Source: Bacteroidales bacterium (GTDB lineage Bacteria; Bacteroidota; Bacteroidia; Bacteroidales; VadinHA17). Taken from it: a stretch of 64,000 nt of DNA. Positions 17,214 to 24,934 of the stretch are shown in pieces. The DNA is taken from contig OY764960.1 in NCBI GenBank assembly GCA_963668715.1, forward strand, positions 3,953,438 through 4,017,437. Reading direction: 5' to 3'. Each line of letters begins with the position of its first letter. Position 1 is the first letter of the stretch. The notes beneath the pieces are model-generated. The model was not told where the DNA came from. It saw nothing but the letters and a program-made list of their open reading frames with translations, and did not search any database. Position numbers and translations under genes: made by a program.

Positions 17214-18966
17214 TCTGAATTTTTTCAATTATGCTTTTGCATTCAAGAAGTGGTTTTGAAATTGGGTTATCTTTTAGTTTTGTAAGTGAGTTTTTATTGT
17301 TCTTTAGAAAATCAAACATAAAGGTTGCTTTTCTTTTTTGCATTGCCTCCACTATTTCTTCTTCCTCCAATTCAGGAAAGAAATCAATTATTTCTTTTTT
17401 TATAGGACTATTGAAGAAATCATTCTCTAAATCAATTTCTGATAAATACAAGCCGTAGTACTCAAGTTCCTCAATAACAGCATTTGCAGATTCCAAATTT
17501 TCCTTTGGTGGATTAGAATCACCTGACCATTTTAGGTTTGATTCATTCTCCAATAGAATTTTTTCTGTTTCATCATCAGGATTGAAAAACTCTTTATAAT
17601 AGGAAATACATCTTTGAATACCTGCAAAACGATGTTTTTCTTTTTTAGGTACTTTAAATATATCATTGTCTGTTCTAAGTACCCAATCAATTTCTAGGCT
17701 ATTTAATATTTGAATGTATGTTGAAAATCCTATTCCATCCACCATAAGAACACTGATATTTAGTCTATCTAAATCAATTCCTATTTGTGTCGATAATGTT
17801 TTATAGAATAGTTCTTCTGATGGTCCCTCAATTAACAAAACAGCATCTGAAAAGAAGGCTTCTGATGTAATAATACTCTTACGATAACCAAAATCAACAA
17901 ATGCATCATCTATAATTTTTGAACAACCATTTGATGCTGCTTTTGTAGCGTCTTTTTTATTTAATAAACGAACTATTGAATTTGGGCTAAATTCAGAAGT
18001 TATTTGTGATGAGTGAGAAGTCAATAATACTTGACCATTTAGAGAGGAATTAAGATAATCAGCTAATTTTCTTTGTTGATGTGGGTGTAAATGTGCTTCT
18101 GGCTCTTCAATACAAAATATTGTAACTTCTGTCAAGCTTTCTTCAGTTATTCCATTTCTTGAAGTCCATAAAGCTAAATATATCTGATTCAAACGACCAT
18201 CTCCACCAATAACAACATTCTCTCCATTACTTTTTGATGCAATTGCTACATTTTTTACAAAGCTATCTGCATTAGATGTACTGGCATCAAAAAGTACTTC
18301 TTGTTTTTTATGATGTAAAGACAACTTAGAAAGTTCGTTGTTGATTGTATTAGTAGCATTTGCAATAAAATTTAGTTTTGGGATTTTTTCATCGACTTTT
18401 TTTAAATCATCTTGAATTTCAGAGAATAACTTGTCGTCAGAGTCAGTTTGCTCATCAGTTCTATCTTCTTTCGCAATCTGAAATAAATAATTTCTTTCGT
18501 TTCGAATATAATTATTAAAATCTCTCTTGCTACTTATATATTTTACATTAAGAACTTTTCTGTAGTATCTATCTTCAATTTCTTCAATATCTTCATATGA
18601 TTTTCCAGCAAACAGTTTATAAGATTTAGCACCTGTCGATTTTTCCCTAATACCTTTATAAACCAAAACTAACATATCATCATCACTAATCTTCCCTTTC
18701 AATTTCGCCACAACGCAATCATCAACAACATCTTCAAAAAACAGTGTAATTTCAAATTCGTTTGTTTCTTCATATGCATAAAAGTCAGAATCTCTAGGCT
18801 CAATATCATAGTCAGATAAACTTCTATCTAATAAAAGTCTAATCGCCCACATTAAATTTGTTTTACCAACATCATTTGAGCCAATGACTAAAGATTTCTT
18901 GGTTAAATTTATTTTAGCCTTTTTGAAATTCCGAAAACCCTTAAGATTTAAAGTCTTTAGTATCAT
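17200..18966 (-). CDS. gajA: OLD-family ATP-dependent nuclease (ABC ATPase + TOPRIM), Gabija GajA-like
   Basis: GFRNF, GSNDVGKTN, IEEPEAHLHP, TSHS; TOPRIM 'LIEGPSE' and 'TDND'. Confidence 0.85.
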   Translation of the reverse strand: MILKTLNLKGFRNFKKAKINLTKKSLVIGSNDVGKTNLMWAIRLLLDRSLSDYDIEPRDSDFYAYEETNEFEITLFFEDVVDDCVVAKLKGKISDDDMLVLVYKGIREKSTGAKSYKLFAGKSYEDIEEIEDRYYRKVLNVKYISSKRDFNNYIRNERNYLFQIAKEDRTDEQTDSDDKLFSEIQDDLKKVDEKIPKLNFIANATNTINNELSKLSLHHKKQEVLFDASTSNADSFVKNVAIASKSNGENVVIGGDGRLNQIYLALWTSRNGITEESLTEVTIFCIEEPEAHLHPHQQRKLADYLNSSLNGQVLLTSHSSQITSEFSPNSIVRLLNKKDATKAASNGCSKIIDDAFVDFGYRKSIITSEAFFSDAVLLIEGPSEELFYKTLSTQIGIDLDRLNISVLMVDGIGFSTYIQILNSLEIDWVLRTDNDIFKVPKKEKHRFAGIQRCISYYKEFFNPDDETEKILLENESNLKWSGDSNPPKENLESANAVIEELEYYGLYLSEIDLENDFFNSPIKKEIIDFFPELEEEEIVEAMQKRKATFMFDFLKNNKNSLTKLKDNPISKPLLECKSIIEKIQNEAD

Positions 18967-19119
18967 GATTTATTATGTTTTAAAGTCTTTATGTTCATTT
19001 TAATTATCCTCTTCATTGGGTAGGTAAAAAATAGCTCTTTTGTTTTTTTAATTTGCATGTGTGTCGGCAAAAAACAAATGTGCTATTTGTGCTGTGGGCT
19101 GTTTTAGCATGGCACACAA

Positions 19120-19469
19120 TGCAGCGCTAAACGAAGTTCCGCACTGAGGGCGAAGGCTGCCGAGCTTGCTCGAGCAGACTGTAAAGCCCGCAAGGGCGGG
19201 ACCAAATTGCGTTTAGCGTCCATGTTCTGACACGTTTTGGCTCGATGCCCAGGTAAAGCTGTTTATTATCATAAAGTTACTAAAGCAATTTGGTTTAGCG
19301 ACTTGTTCTTGCACGTTTGGGCTCGATGCCCGGATAAAGCTGTTTATTATCATAAAGTTACAAAAGCAATTTGGTTTAGCGCTGCATTCGAGCACATTTT
19401 CCAAAAGACCGGGACCCCGAGAATTCGGGGGTAGGGATTTTGGTCAGCTTTAGCTGAATGTGCTCGAAC
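19120..19469. repeat. Non-coding palindromic module family B, copy 3, with an internal 81-82 bp tandem duplication
   Basis: TGCAGCGCTAAAC (19120) / GTTTAGCGCTGCA (19374); duplicated unit across 19211-19381; TTCGAGCACATT / AATGTGCTCGAA inverted pair across 19388-19468. Confidence 0.9.
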
Positions 19470-19597
19470 GTACACATGTATGAAATGTTTGGGGTTTGCG
19501 GGCTCGTCTCTGTCAACCGTTACAAAAGCGGATGCGGAGGAGAATATTTCGAGTAAACACTAAGCCCCCAAATATTTTATACATGATGTTATGGTGC
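19463..19597 (-). repeat. attC-like site 5
   Basis: CGAAC-N8-GTATG; arms CATGTATGAAATGTTTGGGG / CCCCAAATATTTTATACATG; TATAC-N5-GTTATGGTGC at 19588. Confidence 0.85.
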
Positions 19598-19607
19598 GTT
19601 TGTCTTG

Positions 19608-20324
19608 TCATTCCAGTTTTATGTCTTTAATTTTCAAGTCTTTCTTCTGACGGTTTACTCTTGCTTGAAACGAACGTCCTAAATTCAAGTCCTTTTTTAC
19701 GATTCTCAAATTCGCTTTGTCTTGATGATACTTTCTAAATTCCTGTTTTAGTTTATCGTCTTTGAGTTCATTTGGTCCACCGTCAACTTGGATATACTCA
19801 ATTTTTTCAATGTTAATATTATTCAACTCTATAAATCGGTCAACGATTACTGAAAAAGTATTTGGTTGTCTATGGTCAACGTTTAGTTCTTCGTATTTCG
19901 CAAGCTCTTTTGATTCTTGGCATTTAACCTGTCCTTCTTTTGAGTGTTCTTCAAAATAGTCAAGTTTAACACTCCTTAAATCGTCTTGAATTGCTTGTCT
20001 GCACGCTTCTCGGAATTTTGTAAAGTCTGTCTTTGGTGCGTTTATTCGTTTTGTGTACGAAAAAAATTCTGTCGAACCGTCAATTCTTACCAACTCAAAG
20101 GATTTCGTGTTATACTGAACTTTTGCAACTCTTACTTTTTCAATCCCGACCCCAATTTTTTCTTTTACTCTTGGGTGAGTTTCAAGCAAGTTCATAATGT
20201 CATTAAAGTCGTTCGTATTCAATTCTTCTCCAAAGTCGTAAGCGTTCAAAATAGTCTTGAAGTGAGTTAAAGCGTCCTTTTTAGTAGCAAATTCAATTTC
20301 TCCTATTTTGATTGGTTTTCTCAT
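19608..20324 (-). CDS. DCL/DUF3223-like protein with an HNH-like C-terminal motif (cassette C6)
   Basis: N-terminal 'F.TKKDALTHFK.IL', 'FELVRIDGSTEFFSY..', then 'KCQES...LNVDHRQP'. Confidence 0.6.
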   Translation of the reverse strand: MRKPIKIGEIEFATKKDALTHFKTILNAYDFGEELNTNDFNDIMNLLETHPRVKEKIGVGIEKVRVAKVQYNTKSFELVRIDGSTEFFSYTKRINAPKTDFTKFREACRQAIQDDLRSVKLDYFEEHSKEGQVKCQESKELAKYEELNVDHRQPNTFSVIVDRFIELNNINIEKIEYIQVDGGPNELKDDKLKQEFRKYHQDKANLRIVKKDLNLGRSFQARVNRQKKDLKIKDIKLE

Positions 20325-20330
20325 AAAAAA

Positions 20331-20894
20331 CTATTGTTTAAAGATGTCTTTTAACTCGCTGAAATCATTAATGTTTACCCGTATAAAAAAATTGTTCATT
20401 ATTGAATGAAGCATTTTAACGTAGTCATTAAAAACAATTTTAAGTTCTTCAAATTCTTCATCTGTTGCAATAATGATATCTTGAATAGATTTTGGGTGAA
20501 CTAATTTATCTCTCTTTTTCTTGATAATTTTCAGGGATTTATATTTTGAGTCAAGATAGTTTTGAATGATTTCTTCTTTGTCCCAAGTTTTACATATTTG
20601 TTTAAATGTTTTCTTGAATTTGTCTTCAAATGAATGTTTATCAGAATACCCTTCATATGAGTCAAGTTGATTTAAACCAAATATATCCGATTCAACTAAC
20701 GAAAAAAAGCCTTTTAAAGACGCTCTAAATTGTGTATTAAATTTTTCTTTATCACCCTTGAAGGTCTCGGTAATATCTAATAGCAGTTCGTAGTCCTTCC
20801 GTAATATGTTATGTCTTCTTTGATATTCAGTCAATGCAAGACTTGCCTTCCTAAACTCTTCTTTATCTTTGTATTCCTTTGAATGTTCAGTCAT
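20331..20894 (-). CDS. Hypothetical protein with HEPN-like RxxxxH motif (cassette C6)
   Basis: Helical protein with 'KRDKLVHPK' near the C-terminus. Confidence 0.55.
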   Translation of the reverse strand: MTEHSKEYKDKEEFRKASLALTEYQRRHNILRKDYELLLDITETFKGDKEKFNTQFRASLKGFFSLVESDIFGLNQLDSYEGYSDKHSFEDKFKKTFKQICKTWDKEEIIQNYLDSKYKSLKIIKKKRDKLVHPKSIQDIIIATDEEFEELKIVFNDYVKMLHSIMNNFFIRVNINDFSELKDIFKQ

Positions 20895-20927
20895 TTTGTT
20901 GGTTGTCTTTTAAATGCACCATAACGG

Positions 20928-22629
20928 GAGTCTGTGCAAAAACTGCTTTCATCACATAAATTTATCAATTTCTACTATTTGTAAGTGGTTTAAAAGCAAT
21001 TAATTTCAAATGGTAGCACAAATTATTTGACGGGAAATAATCCTTTAAAGCGAGGCTTATAAAGCATCTCAGGTCTGAAATTGTAAAAAAACAGTACTCC
21101 CTGAGGAGTCTGATCAGCTTTTGTGCTCCCATAATTGAGATACAACGGCAGATATTATACCCGGTAAACATAAGTCCGACTTCACCCATGACTTTCTCCC
21201 TGGTTCTTACAAGGGTATATGTGAAGCCTTGTTGCCGTTTCATTGTGCCAAACATATGCTCCGTTATTTGTTGTCGTAATCTGTAATAATCAGGATTGTC
21301 ATTCACTCTTTGTGCATTGGCTTCAATGATATCAGCATATTCACTGCGGTCAATGTACCTTCCGTTGGCTCTGCATACAGTGCAAAGACTCCTGTTTCTA
21401 CAGTCCCTGCAGCCAGGCGTAGTATATCTCTTAAACCGATATGCAGATTTCTTCTTATTCTTTCTGTCACTGTGATTATGCCAACGTCCGTTGGTCTTCA
21501 TAATGCTTCCTCCGGGACAGATATAAAAATCATTCTTTTTATCATAGGTAAAACTACTGACAGGATATAATCCTGCATCTTTTGTTGATGGCTTCTTTGG
21601 AGAGACGTATGTAATAATATTATGTAAGCTGCATTCTTTCAATTGCTCGCCTGTGTGATACCCCTTATCGGCAAGTACTGTCATAGTATCAACTTTAAGA
21701 AGTTCTTTTGTACTTACCGCCACCGGTGCCAGTGCATGGGAATCATTCACATCTCCTGTGTCATATTCCAGCATCATCTTGTGCTTTGAATCTGATGCGG
21801 CCTGTATATTATAACCAACATTCACTACTTTCCTGTGTAGTACAACGGCTTTTGAATCAGGGTCTGTTGTTGATATCTGTTCCTGTCCGCTTTCGATCAG
21901 GTCAGCTTGTATATTTTGATACTCTGATCTCTTAAGCCTGCGTTCTGTAAGTTTCTTTTCAATGTCTTTCTTATCCTGCTCATTGTCATTGGCATCCAGC
22001 AGTTCTTCATATTCACTGATCTGTTTGTCAATATATTCAATATGCCTTTTCAGTTTTGCTTCATTGAAATTATTCTTTAACGAATTGCTCCCTCTTATTT
22101 TGAAAGAATCAATTGCCACGTTTTCACCTTCTACAAGATCCCATTCCTTAAGCAGGCAAACGAATCGCCGGAATATCTCCCTGAATGCTTTTGCATTTTC
22201 TTTTCTGAAGTTAGCAATGGTCTTATATTTGGGTCTCAGTCCCGTGAGCAGCCACATAGCTTCGATATTGGTTTGAGCCTCTCTCTCAAGTTTTCTGGAT
22301 GACCGTATTCCATACCTGTAACCATACAGGTACAGCTTAAGCAGGACCGAAGGATGGTAAGGAGGCCTCCCTTGTTCTTCACATTTTACATGATCAAATC
22401 CAAAGCTTCCCAGGTCAACTACATCAACAAAGGCATCAACCACACGGACAAATGAATCGGCAGCTATTGCATTCTCCAGGCAGAACATTAGCATTTGGTT
22501 CCTGTTTTCTCCCTGTTTGTGTTGCATTACAGTGTTTATTTGTTGAATACAAGATACTTAAAGTATGATCAAAAATTAAATATCGAATGAATTGGTTATC
22601 AACAAAACAGTAGGTTTTTGCACAGTCTG
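20928..22629 (-). mobile_element. IS1182-family element copy 2 (intact, 1702 bp), 4-bp target duplication ACGG
   Basis: GAGTCTGTGCAAAAAC / GTTTTTGCACAGTCTG ends; ACGG at 20924-20927 and 22630-22633. Confidence 0.9.
20965..22527 (-). CDS. IS1182-family transposase
   Basis: DUF772 'GRPPYHP', 'IDSFKI', 'ADKGY', 'EHMFGTMKR' motifs. Confidence 0.95.
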   Translation of the reverse strand: MQHKQGENRNQMLMFCLENAIAADSFVRVVDAFVDVVDLGSFGFDHVKCEEQGRPPYHPSVLLKLYLYGYRYGIRSSRKLEREAQTNIEAMWLLTGLRPKYKTIANFRKENAKAFREIFRRFVCLLKEWDLVEGENVAIDSFKIRGSNSLKNNFNEAKLKRHIEYIDKQISEYEELLDANDNEQDKKDIEKKLTERRLKRSEYQNIQADLIESGQEQISTTDPDSKAVVLHRKVVNVGYNIQAASDSKHKMMLEYDTGDVNDSHALAPVAVSTKELLKVDTMTVLADKGYHTGEQLKECSLHNIITYVSPKKPSTKDAGLYPVSSFTYDKKNDFYICPGGSIMKTNGRWHNHSDRKNKKKSAYRFKRYTTPGCRDCRNRSLCTVCRANGRYIDRSEYADIIEANAQRVNDNPDYYRLRQQITEHMFGTMKRQQGFTYTLVRTREKVMGEVGLMFTGYNICRCISIMGAQKLIRLLREYCFFTISDLRCFISLALKDYFPSNNLCYHLKLIAFKPLTNSRN

Positions 22630-22760
22630 ACGGATGGCAATATGCGGAGGCCGGGATTTCGAAGCTCCAACTTGTCAAGCCGTTGCGAATTTGAGTAAAT
22701 GTACAAAAGTTCAAATTACCCACAACCCCCGGCTTACGTATATTGCGTGTTAGGCATTGG
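22630..22760 (-). repeat. attC-like site 6 (core split by IS1182)
   Basis: (A)AC-N8-ATATG; arms GCAATATGCGGAGGCCGGG / CCCGGCTTACGTATATTGC; N5-GTTAGGCA at 22749. Confidence 0.85.
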
Positions 22761-22763
22761 CCC

Positions 22764-23831
22764 TTATTCTTCAGCTAATTTCAAAGCCATATTTATAAAA
22801 TCACCTATTGATCTGCCTACTATTGCTACTCCCGCATCATGCACAGATGTCAAGTTAAATCTACCTTGAGCAGCACCATTTAAAGCATAATCATGCCCAT
22901 CTATCTCTACTACACACCAATGCTTTTGACGGCACTCAATAATAACCTCACTGGCATAAAAAGGCCAATCACCATTATATTCCGTTTTTTTAATCTTTTG
23001 GTGTTTATAGTCTGAATTATTTTTCCTTTTGATCTTATCAAATATGGTTCTCTATCGAACTTTTGTTTCTTTCTTTTTAAATCTTGTTGTTTCTTTTCTA
23101 TAGTCAATTATCCCAATCTGATTGTCAGATAACATAATGAAGTCATAATATACCGATGAAAATTGTTGAGCTTTTTGTCCTAATCTACCTAATGTGAATT
23201 GTCGGCTTATCCCACGAACAAATCTTTCCAGTTTGCTTATAATGGATTGCGTCACAAAAGCATTAACCTCATTTTGATATTCAAAGTCCGTTAGCTTCTC
23301 TAATAATTTGGTAGCTGCAAGAACTATTTTAGTTTCATAATCCGACCATAATTGCTTTACATCAATGCTTGGTTTAATCGCTGATGTTATAATATCCAAA
23401 TTGTGATATCTTGCATATTTCCCAAATTCTGATAATAGATAAATTAATTGTTGCAAGTCATTATCATTGGTTATAAATTCTTTATCAGCCATCAAAGCTG
23501 GAATACCATTACTTTTAAAATAGTCTGAAAGTATTTTTCCCTTTAATTCGGTTAAATCATGTCCATTCCTTCCACCGCAATTTTTCAGAGTTCTACTGTC
23601 AGGATATTCATTATTTAATTCAAGAAAACCCAAACAAATATGACATTTCATAAGTCTTTCCAATCCACTTGATAACAGATGGAAAGGTAAATGATAAAAA
23701 TCATTCCCCAAATCGAGGTTCTGTAACTCTCCAAATCCAAGTTTTATTAACTTAATTGAAGTTGTCAACTCATCATGCAAGTATATGTCTTTTAATACTC
23801 TGTCACTCATTTTACGTGATTTGTGAATCAA
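22764..23831 (-). pseudogene. 355-codon reading frame with a single in-frame TAG at 23052-23054; C-terminus resembles DUF2511/YebY
   Basis: Frame continues past the TAG as [45 protein letters not shown]...KLAEE*, ending next to attC-6. Confidence 0.7.
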
Positions 23832-23845
23832 AATATGATTCTAAG

Positions 23846-24493
23846 CTAATCTAGTTTATCAAGGTTCTCAGTCACAAAAAGTAAAACTGATAAATATTTG
23901 TAGCATATAACTTTTTCTCCGTAGTCGACCGAAACCCCATGCACTATATCATGTCTATTTACTTTTGATGGATTTCCTGAGTCTTGATTTCTTGAATATT
24001 CCCATACTGTATCAACAGGGTGTAATAACATTTGCTGAAAATACTTGATTTCTTTTGATGCAAGAATTTGTTTTAGTTTGGGTTCATTATTTCTTGTTCC
24101 AAAGAATCTAATTCCAGTTTTATCCTCTGTAATTCCTTCTATCTGACTTATAATAGTTGGTATCACCAAATAGAACAGTTGTTTTTCAATTCCATAAAAT
24201 ATCTGACTTACAATAGTTTCCCTTTTAGTATTCTTTTTAATCAACAGTTTCTTAAACTTGTCAATATTTGCTGCAAAATGATTTTCAAAGAATAAATCAA
24301 TTCCAATGTTATTGCTATTCTTGATTAATTCAGCTAGCTCATTTATCTCATATGGATTTAATTGATTAATATACATCCAATCATAAAAACAAGCTTTTTT
24401 CGCTATCTCAGAGAGCCTATCAAATATCTTTTCAGTTTGCTGTTGTCTTTCTAGTCTCTGACTTATTATTTGACTTAATTCTTTTGACATCAT
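23846..24493 (-). CDS. Hypothetical protein with HEPN-like motif (first gene of cassette C7)
   Basis: 'VIPTIISQIEG' and 'NRHDIVHG' RxxxxH motif. Confidence 0.6.
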   Translation of the reverse strand: MMSKELSQIISQRLERQQQTEKIFDRLSEIAKKACFYDWMYINQLNPYEINELAELIKNSNNIGIDLFFENHFAANIDKFKKLLIKKNTKRETIVSQIFYGIEKQLFYLVIPTIISQIEGITEDKTGIRFFGTRNNEPKLKQILASKEIKYFQQMLLHPVDTVWEYSRNQDSGNPSKVNRHDIVHGVSVDYGEKVICYKYLSVLLFVTENLDKLD

Positions 24494-24517
24494 GATTTAT
24501 GTTTGCAGGATTTCCTT

Positions 24518-24625
24518 GGGCTTATGCCTAACATTTGGCTATATGTATACATATATTTTTACTATATCTCCTGTTTTAATTACATATACCCCTTAATTTT
24601 TAGAGTGTATATGTATACATAATAC
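24518..24625 (-). other. Candidate attI-like site at the head of the array
   Basis: GCCTAAC-N8-ATATG half-site with no partner hairpin arm or inverse core; TATATGTATACATA repeated at ~24540 and ~24607. Confidence 0.45.
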
Positions 24626-24797
24626 TTTTTCATAATGCCTATAATACCAAATAATTATTCTTTTCAAAAAATATACTTTCCCTGAAAATCCCTGCCGGAT
24701 ATGGTCCCGGCACCTTCCCTTTTTTGATTGCAATATGAAAATTACACAAATTCCGGCAACCGGGCAATTTTTTATAACAAATGGGACGAACGACAAA

Positions 24798-24818
24798 CCC
24801 TTCGACAGGCTCAGGACG
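24798..24818. repeat. CGTC-tagged REP-like palindrome (CGTCCTGAGCCTGTCGAAGGG on the - strand)
   Basis: Recognised CTGAGC.TGTCGAAG repeat; variant copy with the same flanks at 34267-34285. Confidence 0.7.
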
Positions 24819-24934
24819 GGCGACAAACGGCGAACGGTTTGTTGAATAGTGTATCGTTAAACGATTTAACGACTTAACGACTCAACCTTATTCAGGCATG
24901 GCCTCATTGCAGAATGAGGACTGTGGATTGCAGA

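Noticed and set aside
19211-19381. Possible CRISPR array
   Set aside because: Only two units of 81-82 bp with a ~12-nt variable part, the wrong repeat/spacer geometry, and no cas genes in the window.
22910-23107. 65-aa ORF as a separate gene or frameshift product
   Set aside because: The better coding frame is the continuation of 23052..23831 through a single TAG.
24593-24826. 77-aa ORF at the array head as an integrase remnant
   Set aside because: No tyrosine-recombinase motifs; it begins inside the REP palindrome (LSLSKG translation artefact).
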